Virus record (IMG/VR): IMGVR_UViG_3300046517_002304
Location: 434,001-498,000 of that record
Direction: 5' to 3' (one strand)
Length of the DNA: 64,000 nt
The notes below the pieces were generated by a model. That model was not told the origin of the DNA. It saw nothing but the letters and a program-made list of their open reading frames with translations, and ran no database searches. Numbering within the stretch: position 1 is the stretch's first letter; every line of letters begins with the position of its first letter. A program made the position numbers and the translations under genes. Below, one piece after another: positions 55,324-62,934 of the stretch.

Positions 55324-56196
55324 ATGAGTCTAAAATCATTCGAAGAGTTTGTAAAAAATAAAGGTGGAGTTCCTTACGTGTTTTCGGAAAAGATTCCACC
55401 AAAGTCAATTTCTGCTGATTCAGAAGGCGATGAAGAAGGCATGGGATTGCTTGGAAGTCCTCAGATGATGGACAAAGAACAACCCCCACTAACGCGGGTT
55501 GAGAAAAAGGACATGGCCGATCCAGAGTATACGAAGAATGGCGAAAAACTAAAGACTCAAAAAGAAGGCGTTGAACTAGTTGAGCATCGTGGCGAAAGCG
55601 ATGATTTATCAATGTCAAGTATTGATGGCGGAAAATTTTCGCCATCAATTAGCGAAGTTGCTTCATATACGGCTAAGTTAATTAAGAAGCACCCTCATAC
55701 AGCAGAGCACTTTGTTAGAAACCTAAAGAAGCACGGCAGTTTTGAGGGATTTATCGCTGAGGCCGTTGAGCACCCAGAAACATTCGCGTGTCTAGCAAAT
55801 CACATCGGGCATGACGAACATGGTCCCCGCCATTCAAAAAAGATGGTCAAGGCCCTAATGGCGCATCACACTGCAAAACATGCTATTAAAGAAAGCGTTG
55901 ATGGTCCTCGTGGTGGCGATTTCGGTGGCGGAATGCCTTCGGCTCCTCCAGCACCAATGGGAGTTGCGCCAATGCCAGTTAATTCAGATCCTACCGGGCT
56001 TTCACCAACGACCGGAATGAGTGGGATGGGTGGAAGCGGGAACCTGAGTACAAGCCAAGCGCCGCCGGCCGTTCAGATGCCTGCTCCATCCGAGTCAGCA
56101 CACAAGGGCGAAGGGTACCACAACCTGGTATCAGAAATGAGCAAGGAGCCGGAAATGCACGATGCGATGCGTGAATGTTGCGGCATGGGATACTAA
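55324..56196 (+). CDS. probable internal head protein
   Basis: Starts MSLKSFEEFV (capsid-targeting-like); I-K-E|S site; low-complexity G/P/M tail. Confidence 0.5.
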   Translation: MSLKSFEEFVKNKGGVPYVFSEKIPPKSISADSEGDEEGMGLLGSPQMMDKEQPPLTRVEKKDMADPEYTKNGEKLKTQKEGVELVEHRGESDDLSMSSIDGGKFSPSISEVASYTAKLIKKHPHTAEHFVRNLKKHGSFEGFIAEAVEHPETFACLANHIGHDEHGPRHSKKMVKALMAHHTAKHAIKESVDGPRGGDFGGGMPSAPPAPMGVAPMPVNSDPTGLSPTTGMSGMGGSGNLSTSQAPPAVQMPAPSESAHKGEGYHNLVSEMSKEPEMHDAMRECCGMGY

Positions 56197-56210
56197 CTTA
56201 GTCATAAGTT

Positions 56211-56239
56211 AAAAAAAGCCGCTTTAAGCGGCTTTTTTT
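56211..56239. terminator. bidirectional intrinsic terminator
   Basis: AAAAAAAGCCGCTT-T-AAGCGGCTTTTTTT between convergent genes. Confidence 0.92.
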
Positions 56240-56245
56240 ATTCGA

Positions 56246-56788
56246 TCAATCCCCATTACCCTTTTTGTAAATTTTCTTGATCTGGGATAAATCTTCCTTA
56301 GACGGCTTGCTACCACGATACTTCTGATATAATGGCTGCGCCTTGCACTTATGCTTCCAAAACTTCTCAGTAGCAATCTGTATTTCACATATCATGCCAC
56401 CAATTACAATATCTACATGCACAGTTCCATAATAGCCAAACTCATACTCATTAGGACTATCATTATGGGCGACCTTCTTAACAATGAAATGCTTCTTGAT
56501 ATTATCAACAATTTTAGATATTTGATTTTTGGTATCTACAAGAATCGCGGCCCTTAATATGTCAAATACCTTAGATGGAGACTTATTCCTTTTCTTGGTT
56601 TTATTATTAAACGACTTCTCGCTTTTAATATCTATGACAATCTTATGTCCATCAGCAGAATGCTTGAGTAGCGTAGCAAATTTTGGCTTCAATTCTAAAG
56701 CCATTTTCTTTGCTTTATCATAAGTTTGAAAATCCTGCTTTTTAGCAATCGGCTGAGGATTTTTCTCTATCCATTCTTTAAAGTCCAT
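56246..56788 (-). CDS. RelA/SpoT-fold nucleotidyltransferase (small alarmone synthetase-like)
   Basis: IKSEKSFNNK, DILRAAI, GYYGTVH, CEIQIAT; TAAATA-N4-ATG; starts MDFKEWIE. Confidence 0.75.
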   Translation of the reverse strand: MDFKEWIEKNPQPIAKKQDFQTYDKAKKMALELKPKFATLLKHSADGHKIVIDIKSEKSFNNKTKKRNKSPSKVFDILRAAILVDTKNQISKIVDNIKKHFIVKKVAHNDSPNEYEFGYYGTVHVDIVIGGMICEIQIATEKFWKHKCKAQPLYQKYRGSKPSKEDLSQIKKIYKKGNGD

Positions 56789-56802
56789 ACATTATTTATG
56801 AA

Positions 56803-56997
56803 CTAGGATTTCTTCTTTTTCTTTTTACGATGTTCGGCCCTATCACCAGCACTACCAATCGGCCAACCTTCCATTGAAACTCCGGCAACACCTGCCGAGC
56901 CAGCAATATTAAAACCGAGTTTCTGCAACCTGCTTTTTGGCACGGTCCCTACAATAATTGCCCCGCCTTCTTTTAGCCATTCTTGAAACGTTTTCAT
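56803..56997 (-). CDS. small internal-protein-like peptide with T4 CTS-like N-terminus
   Basis: MKTFQEWLKE; basic tail RKKKKKKS; TATATA-N4-ATG. Confidence 0.65.
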   Translation of the reverse strand: MKTFQEWLKEGGAIIVGTVPKSRLQKLGFNIAGSAGVAGVSMEGWPIGSAGDRAEHRKKKKKKS

Positions 56998-57008
56998 ATA
57001 TTATATAA

Positions 57009-57039
57009 CAAAAGCGGCCTAGGAAATTCCTAGGCCGCT
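57009..57039 (-). terminator. intrinsic terminator
   Basis: AGCGGCCTAGGAA-T-TTCCTAGGCCGCT followed by TTTGTT. Confidence 0.85.
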
Positions 57040-57100
57040 CACTATCCAAAAAGGAGACTTGGCTCCTGACAGAAATTATATACCAACTACGCTTTAATAA

Positions 57101-57595
57101 TTAAAAGCCGCCAACTATTTCATGCACTTCATCAACACTAATTCCTAACACTTTAGAAGCATTTTTAATCTTCTTATGAAGAAGGGTATAATTAGCCTTC
57201 ATTCGCTTTACGTGCTCTTTCAACTGAGGGTGATCGGTATTATATAAAGCGTCCTCTCCCGCGTCCCAAACATCAGCATATGCATCGGCAACATCAATTT
57301 CACCAGAGCTAAAATAAGCACAAGCCAAAGATACATTATACACAATCGGGTGTTGAACTGTGACCTGTATATCGGTACTAGCCGTAACCGAAATAAGAGA
57401 CTTTATTTCTCGTATAAGAGGATGTCCCGCTAGTTTGTTTTGTTCATCATACTGAATATGGTAAATTTTCTGATTAATCTTGCTCTGCAACGCCTGCAAA
57501 GCTTTTAAATCATTAACGCTATCTATATCAACGCCTTTTTTAGCGCCCTTGATTTTAGTTTTAATAGCTTTAACTTTAGTTTTCATATTTTTCAT
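57101..57595 (-). CDS. hypothetical protein, paralog family A
   Basis: Aligns with 58126..58587 (IDSVND/VEKIND; HPQLKE/HPVIKQ; LGISVDEVHEIV/FGISEGDVWDIV). Confidence 0.8.
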   Translation of the reverse strand: MKNMKTKVKAIKTKIKGAKKGVDIDSVNDLKALQALQSKINQKIYHIQYDEQNKLAGHPLIREIKSLISVTASTDIQVTVQHPIVYNVSLACAYFSSGEIDVADAYADVWDAGEDALYNTDHPQLKEHVKRMKANYTLLHKKIKNASKVLGISVDEVHEIVGGF

Positions 57596-58147
57596 TTAAT
57601 CGCCTATTAATTGTTCAAGATCATGCATTCTAAGATTTGATACAAAGCCACATCTATCATTATAATGGTATCTTGTATTCACGCAACCAGATGCAAACCG
57701 ATTAATAAACTTACGCTTTTTACCAAACGGCCAAACTCTATATTTTAACAAATAACTTAATACCGACCATCGCATAGAACTACCGCGCCAAAACTCGCCA
57801 GGCTCAATGCAAAAGGTGTGCTGGTTGGTAGTACAGTAAATCACAGCAGGGTTTTTTAACTTTAACTTGGCTTCAATATCGGACACGACCTTAATGCGTC
57901 CTGGATTATTTGTCGTAATAAAAAATGCTTTAAACTTTCCACTTCGGAAGTAATGTAAGTAACCCTGAAAAGAATCCCGACATGACATAGGATTCCATCC
58001 ATTGGCCGAATAAACACTAGGAAGATAAAAACTAAAAGATGAGTCTACCGGAAACGGAACTCCTTCTGGAAGTTCCGGCAAACTTTCTATGTAATTACGA
58101 GAAAACATGGCATCTCTCATTGTCCTCATAAATTGACTATGTCCCAA
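57596..58147 (-). CDS. hypothetical protein, paralog family B
   Basis: CRDSF, FWRGSSMRWS, RFASGCVNT. Confidence 0.8.
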   Translation of the reverse strand: MGHSQFMRTMRDAMFSRNYIESLPELPEGVPFPVDSSFSFYLPSVYSANGWNPMSCRDSFQGYLHYFRSGKFKAFFITTNNPGRIKVVSDIEAKLKLKNPAVIYCTTNQHTFCIEPGEFWRGSSMRWSVLSYLLKYRVWPFGKKRKFINRFASGCVNTRYHYNDRCGFVSNLRMHDLEQLIGD

Positions 58148-58587
58148 ACATCGCCCTCTGATATGCCGAATTCTTTCGCAGTCTTTAATACTTTTTCTCT
58201 AATCTGTTTTTGAATTATTCTAATATCCTTAATCCTTTGTTTTATTACAGGATGATTGCCACCCTGTATTTTATTCTCTTCTACAGCAGGATAATAATCC
58301 CCTTTAAGTTCCACGTAGTCTACTGCAATTTCGCTGCCTTGATCGTATGAATCTACGATTAGAGAAACTCTAAATTCCAGTGCTTTTTTAGAGGGCACAG
58401 TAACATCAAACTCACACCTTCCATTAATCTGCTGTGCCAATAAACGAATTTCTTTTACCAATGAAAAGCTTGAAAGCTTATTCTTCTTAGCACGATCCTG
58501 ACTATCAATCTTAGATATTTTATTATCAATACTTTCTCTAAGCTTAGTCAAAACCTTACGATCATTAATTTTTTCAACATCAATCAT
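58126..58587 (-). CDS. hypothetical protein, paralog family A
   Basis: See 57101..57595. Confidence 0.8.
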   Translation of the reverse strand: MIDVEKINDRKVLTKLRESIDNKISKIDSQDRAKKNKLSSFSLVKEIRLLAQQINGRCEFDVTVPSKKALEFRVSLIVDSYDQGSEIAVDYVELKGDYYPAVEENKIQGGNHPVIKQRIKDIRIIQKQIREKVLKTAKEFGISEGDVWDIVNL

Positions 58588-59204
58588 ATCGCATCTCCCA
58601 TAATTTTCTTGAGTTCTTTACGATTCACAAAGCATTTATCAACTTGCTTCGGAGTTAAATTATAAAAATGATCACACCAGCCAGTAAATTTAGGCGCATC
58701 ATAATAACTATAACCATTATTATGCCTAAAAGTCTGATAGCGTACATAATGATTGCCGTTTAAAAACTTATTAACGGCAACCCTCGTATTGCGCGATGAA
58801 AAATACTCTGACCTACGTATCGTAGAAACAACGTTGGCCCTATAGCTTCTACCGGCTCTTATTAAAGCTGTCAGTAAAGAAAACCTAACTCTCTTCATCC
58901 AAAAACCGGTCAGCTTAATACAAACAATATTCTTTCCGTCAGTTCTATATCCATTACACCGAAATCTTTTGGGTACCTTAGACTTAATCTGAAAATCTTT
59001 CAAAAATTTTATAATATTTCCTAAGTGAGCGCCACTCTTACACTGATAAAACAATCTTCTCGGATACGGATTATAGCGAAACGTATCATCCACAGATTCA
59101 CGACAATACTCCCAATACTGGTAATTGTCGTTTACTAAATAAAATGAATCTTTATATTCTCCATAAATATCATCGTTAGATGGAGCTTTAATCAATCTTT
59201 TCAT
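58584..59204 (-). CDS. hypothetical protein, paralog family B
   Basis: CRES, FWMKRVRFSLLTALIRAG, KFLNG, TGWCDHF. Confidence 0.8.
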   Translation of the reverse strand: MKRLIKAPSNDDIYGEYKDSFYLVNDNYQYWEYCRESVDDTFRYNPYPRRLFYQCKSGAHLGNIIKFLKDFQIKSKVPKRFRCNGYRTDGKNIVCIKLTGFWMKRVRFSLLTALIRAGRSYRANVVSTIRRSEYFSSRNTRVAVNKFLNGNHYVRYQTFRHNNGYSYYDAPKFTGWCDHFYNLTPKQVDKCFVNRKELKKIMGDAI

Positions 59205-59208
59205 TAAG

Positions 59209-59748
59209 TCACCTACAGATTAACTTGGAAACATCAGGAAGTAATTTTAAATTTTCAAAAATACCAAAATCAGGATTGTAATGAATCGCCGTGTTCACAC
59301 AGCCTGATTTAAACTTTGCTAAAAATTCTTTTTTCAAATCAGTATCAAAGTATGGGCCAACATACCCCCGAGCCTTAAATACAGAACTAAAAACAGAAAG
59401 CCTCATCGGACTAGCAAGCCAAAATTTGCTCATTTCAATATAAGTGATACGTTTCTCATCAGTAGGAAAAAAATTAGTGCGATCTAAAGTATCAATATTT
59501 AATTCTTGTTCAATATCTTGAACCGGCTGAATATGCATTTTAGATGCACCCTCTGGTGCTCTCAAATAAAGAATGTGTCTTTTATCTTCGCTAATTTTCA
59601 AAATTCTGCTCTGAAATACGTCCCTGCAAAGATACCACGCTTTATCTGTAAAGCTGAGAAAGTCAGCTATTAAAAATGGATACGACGAGAAATCATAATT
59701 AGCATGTGTTGGGGGTATCTTTACACTAGATTTAAATGGCCAAAACAT
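59209..59748 (-). CDS. hypothetical protein, paralog family B
   Basis: CRDVF, FWLASPMRLS, KFKSGCVNT; start moved to ATG 59748. Confidence 0.8.
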   Translation of the reverse strand: MFWPFKSSVKIPPTHANYDFSSYPFLIADFLSFTDKAWYLCRDVFQSRILKISEDKRHILYLRAPEGASKMHIQPVQDIEQELNIDTLDRTNFFPTDEKRITYIEMSKFWLASPMRLSVFSSVFKARGYVGPYFDTDLKKEFLAKFKSGCVNTAIHYNPDFGIFENLKLLPDVSKLICR

Positions 59749-59749
59749 A

Positions 59750-59983
59750 TTAGACCTCTTTATAACCTTTTGCCGTTTTCTCTTTAACCATCTTAGACAC
59801 ATGCTTAATGGCATCGTCGTTACTTGAGAATTCCTTAATACTAAAACTGCCAGCAGCGCCTATCTTGCCATACTTAAAAAATACTACGTCTTCTTCACAA
59901 AAAACGCTCCAGAACTTATTAGACCGCCCCTTCGTAAATTCAAACCTACGAAAGACTTCTTTAACGCCATCTAGTTTTTTCAT
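59750..59983 (-). CDS. stand-alone WGR-domain protein
   Basis: SNKFWSV...YGKIG...KEF...KEKTAKGY; start ATG 59983. Confidence 0.85.
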   Translation of the reverse strand: MKKLDGVKEVFRRFEFTKGRSNKFWSVFCEEDVVFFKYGKIGAAGSFSIKEFSSNDDAIKHVSKMVKEKTAKGYKEV

Positions 59984-60009
59984 AATTGTACTTTTAGAAA
60001 GGAAGGCCA

Positions 60010-60038
60010 AATATACCACATTTTGTCAAGCCGGTCAA
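60010..60038 (-). promoter_or_regulatory. sigma70-type promoter TTGACC-N17-TATATT with TGTG extension
   Basis: Upstream of the WGR/paralog operon. Confidence 0.7.
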
Positions 60039-60072
60039 TCTCTCCTAAGCAGAATTTTTGTGGTAAAGCCGC

Positions 60073-60552
60073 CTATTGTGATACAAAAACAGCACACCAA
60101 TAATACATGCTATTATCGCCGCAGGCAACACCTATTCCAATATGAGAATAATCTCCTAGCATATTTTTTCTATGACCAGAAGAATTTTCCCACATAGTAA
60201 TTACTGCTTCGGGGTCATACCAAGATTCGTCGGCGATATTTTCACCTATCGCACTAAAAGACTTTCCGACTTTCTCTACTCTGTCCCATGGCTCTTCGCC
60301 ATTATCATTTTTGTGAGAAAGCTTGCCTGCACGCGCCATCCAGTCAGCATGTCGTTGAGCAACAGAACAAATAATAGCATCCTTAGTTAAATCAGCTTTC
60401 CCATTATTAAAACGAAAAGCATTAACGTAATGGAGCAGCTTATCTGTTTTTTCATCATAGGCTGACACCGCAGTATTAAACGGCGTCTGATGATGGCAAC
60501 TTACCGCGCAACATAAGAAAAGAATAATAACGATTTTTTGGAACATTTTCAA
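60073..60552 (-). CDS. CAP (SCP) domain lipoprotein
   Basis: AQRHADWMA...LSH...GENIA...WENSSGHRKNML...IGIG; Cys-containing signal peptide. Confidence 0.9.
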   Translation of the reverse strand: MKMFQKIVIILFLCCAVSCHHQTPFNTAVSAYDEKTDKLLHYVNAFRFNNGKADLTKDAIICSVAQRHADWMARAGKLSHKNDNGEEPWDRVEKVGKSFSAIGENIADESWYDPEAVITMWENSSGHRKNMLGDYSHIGIGVACGDNSMYYWCAVFVSQ

Positions 60553-60555
60553 TCC

Positions 60556-60762
60556 CTATAAATGGCTAATGTCTGCATCATGCTGCCTTGGCAGATTCTT
60601 AGCATCATTTTCATCCATGATGATAAGCTCGGGAACCCCATCTTGCCAAACAGTAATGCCAATTACGTTGTCTAAGTTAGAGCACTTGACGCAGGTCTTG
60701 GTACTAGGAAGAGCTTCAAGGCGCTCTTTAGGAATCTTCTTACCGCAGGTTTCGCACAACAT
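60556..60762 (-). CDS. TraR/DksA C4-type zinc-finger protein
   Basis: CETCGKKIPKERLEALPSTKTCVKC. Confidence 0.85.
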   Translation of the reverse strand: MLCETCGKKIPKERLEALPSTKTCVKCSNLDNVIGITVWQDGVPELIIMDENDAKNLPRQHDADISHL

Positions 60763-60785
60763 AATCTGTATCTAGAATAGTAGTC

Positions 60786-60980
60786 CTAGTTTTTAAAATC
60801 ACTACGACTAAAAATTATAATAGGAAACGCTATAAAAAAATACAAAGATGCTGCGGCACAAACCCATATTGCCCTACCGTCTAATACATTCAACCAGCAC
60901 ATAGCTTGCAAAAGCCAAGCCCCAATGTAGTCAAAAGAAAACCAAGTTTTCTTAAAGTACTTAAAGTACTGGCGAAACAT
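60786..60980 (-). CDS. small membrane protein
   Basis: Two hydrophobic helices. Confidence 0.55.
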   Translation of the reverse strand: MFRQYFKYFKKTWFSFDYIGAWLLQAMCWLNVLDGRAIWVCAAASLYFFIAFPIIIFSRSDFKN

Positions 60981-60982
60981 GA

Positions 60983-61234
60983 TTATCGTCCGAATCGGAA
61001 CCCGAAGCCAAAATATGGCTGGTAGTATGGCTGATTATAGTAATAAGGGTTATTATAATAATACGGCTGGTTGTAATAGGGGCGATTGTAGTATGGGTTC
61101 CCATAATACTGGCGACCATATGGGCGATTATAATTGTTATTCGGCCCACCTACACCAACTCCAAGTCCCCATCCCGCATCACTTACGGCGGGAGCACACA
61201 AAAATAAAGCAACAGCAATCAATAGTTTTTTCAT
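60983..61234 (-). CDS. secreted Tyr/Pro/Asn-repeat peptide
   Basis: Signal peptide, GWGLGVGVGG, (N/Q)PYY repeats, FGFGFRF end; start ATG 61234 after GGAG. Confidence 0.7.
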   Translation of the reverse strand: MKKLLIAVALFLCAPAVSDAGWGLGVGVGGPNNNYNRPYGRQYYGNPYYNRPYYNQPYYYNNPYYYNQPYYQPYFGFGFRFGR

Positions 61235-61255
61235 GATTTTTTTCTCCAATTATAT

Positions 61256-61540
61256 TTATATTTCCGAACGAACATCTTCAACAAGCATCACGTACTCTTG
61301 TGCTTTTTTCAGTACTTTCAGACAAAGACTTTTGACAATGCTATCATAATTATTCCGCAAAGTGCCAACCTCAAACCTGTTATAAACTAAATAACCGCCA
61401 TTATTAGTATCAATAATACCTATATTCCATAGGCCCATATCGTATATTCCAACGGATAATCCCCGGCGTGAAAACTGGTAGCCATTCAGGCTCTTCCTTG
61501 CGAAACCTTTTTCCATCAAATAAGCCATATCATCTTCCAT
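61256..61540 (-). CDS. hypothetical protein
   Basis: 94 aa; weakly similar to 62013..62339 (YL...GF.K). Confidence 0.65.
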   Translation of the reverse strand: MEDDMAYLMEKGFARKSLNGYQFSRRGLSVGIYDMGLWNIGIIDTNNGGYLVYNRFEVGTLRNNYDSIVKSLCLKVLKKAQEYVMLVEDVRSEI

Positions 61541-61543
61541 ACT

Positions 61544-61903
61544 TCACCATCCCATAGTTCTTTTAGCGCCATCACGATATTCTTTGGTCAAATGATTTAA
61601 CTGAAATAAAGTACGATTTGCGTTGAATTGCTTAAGCACTTTATTATCGTGAGACGCCATCATCTTGTCACTAATCGCATCAACGCCTTCAAGGCCAGAG
61701 TCTATATTTCGCATGTCTACCATAATTCTATACTCAGAAGAATTACGCCACTCTTGAATTGACTTAAACTTTTTTCCGTCAACAATGAATCCAGAAGTGC
61801 TTCTTTTCTCAAAAAGGCCAGGGCGAGGTGGATGAGGAATCTTATCCGCAGCCATAACCAAAGTAGAACTCCACACCAACACCGCAAACGTAAAAATACG
61901 CAT
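61544..61903 (-). CDS. secreted hypothetical protein
   Basis: Signal-like N-terminus; AGGAG RBS. Confidence 0.7.
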   Translation of the reverse strand: MRIFTFAVLVWSSTLVMAADKIPHPPRPGLFEKRSTSGFIVDGKKFKSIQEWRNSSEYRIMVDMRNIDSGLEGVDAISDKMMASHDNKVLKQFNANRTLFQLNHLTKEYRDGAKRTMGW

Positions 61904-61918
61904 GATCTTTCTCCTGTA

Positions 61919-62020
61919 TTAGAAAAAATAGTTCCAGTGCTTTTTAACCCATCGGTAAGCAAATGGAAAGCCAATGATGCAAGCCAAAATAACAAACAAT
62001 TGAAGTATTAAATCAAACAT
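61919..62020 (-). CDS. 33-aa membrane peptide
   Basis: MFDLILQLFVILACIIGFPFAYRWVKKHWNYFF; GGAG upstream. Confidence 0.55.
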   Translation of the reverse strand: MFDLILQLFVILACIIGFPFAYRWVKKHWNYFF

Positions 62021-62339
62021 TTTTTAACTCCTCCCGCCAATCATTCAAGCCACAAATAATTTCATAATATTCCAAAATTGATTTTCTTAAACTATTTTCT
62101 AGTTGTTCCTCAAGCTGGCCCAGGGGAACATAGAAGGCAAATTTTCCGCCAACAGCAATAGTCCAATTACCATAACCAGTATTGGTAATTTTTATTTTAC
62201 TGTTTTCATATGTTTCAGCAGGTGTTTGGAATGAAAATAAGCTAACAGAATGGCTATTGACCGAAAACGGAGAGTTAAGATTAGCCTTAACCGCAATTTT
62301 TTCAAATCCAATGCTTAATAAATAATCATAGTCACTCAT
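62013..62339 (-). CDS. hypothetical protein
   Basis: 108 aa ORF. Confidence 0.65.
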   Translation of the reverse strand: MSDYDYLLSIGFEKIAVKANLNSPFSVNSHSVSLFSFQTPAETYENSKIKITNTGYGNWTIAVGGKFAFYVPLGQLEEQLENSLRKSILEYYEIICGLNDWREELKNV

Positions 62340-62623
62340 TGCTTGTACTCATCTAAATCGCCATTTTTAACAATACACTTATCCTCATACGGAGCCACTA
62401 GTCTACGATTAAACTCTAAGCCAGCAGCATTGAATACTTCCTGTGCTCGGCTAAGATTAGCGTATCGCCAGCCGGCATCTGGCTTCATTGAAGCCGCAAC
62501 AATTCTAGTAATCGTATAATTACAATTACCCTCTAAGCTATCTGGATAAGACTTCAATAAAGTAATTAGCTCATCAATTTTAGGATTTAATACTGATCGA
62601 ATATCAATAGGAACGTACGGCAT
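62336..62623 (-). CDS. conserved-type phage hypothetical protein
   Basis: MPY...GNCNYTIT...EFNRRLVAPYED..IVKNGD pattern typical of a small phage family. Confidence 0.7.
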   Translation of the reverse strand: MPYVPIDIRSVLNPKIDELITLLKSYPDSLEGNCNYTITRIVAASMKPDAGWRYANLSRAQEVFNAAGLEFNRRLVAPYEDKCIVKNGDLDEYKQ

Positions 62624-62649
62624 AATAACTACCTTTAATAAAAAACTAA

Positions 62650-62871
62650 TTAATCAACTGTAAAGCTTGCAATAACATCATTATCAAAACGAACTTCTAC
62701 ATCCACATATTCACCACCAGCATGACTTACTTGCTGAAAAGTAAGTCTTTGTTTTAAAACCTGCTTTACCAATTCGGTAAAGCACTCCATTTGTTTCACA
62801 GACTGATTGCTACCCGGCAACCAAGTGCAGTTATTGCCAAACAAACCCGCCAACGCTTGTTCTGTTTTCAT
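62650..62871 (-). CDS. hypothetical protein
   Basis: 73 aa ORF. Confidence 0.6.
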   Translation of the reverse strand: MKTEQALAGLFGNNCTWLPGSNQSVKQMECFTELVKQVLKQRLTFQQVSHAGGEYVDVEVRFDNDVIASFTVD

Positions 62872-62903
62872 GACTTGTTCCTAGATTATGGATACTTTTA
62901 CCA

Positions 62904-62932
62904 ATTTTACTAGAAAAAACCCAACAATGCAA
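62904..62932 (-). promoter_or_regulatory. sigma70-type promoter TTGCAT-N17-TAAAAT
   Basis: Upstream of the small-ORF run. Confidence 0.6.
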
Positions 62933-62934
62933 TA

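Noticed and set aside
57040-57100. Possible small RNA with AGGAG/CTCCT hairpin (CsrA sponge)
   Set aside because: Only about 60 nt with a weak -35 and two GGA sites; more simply a second weak terminator ahead of the strong one
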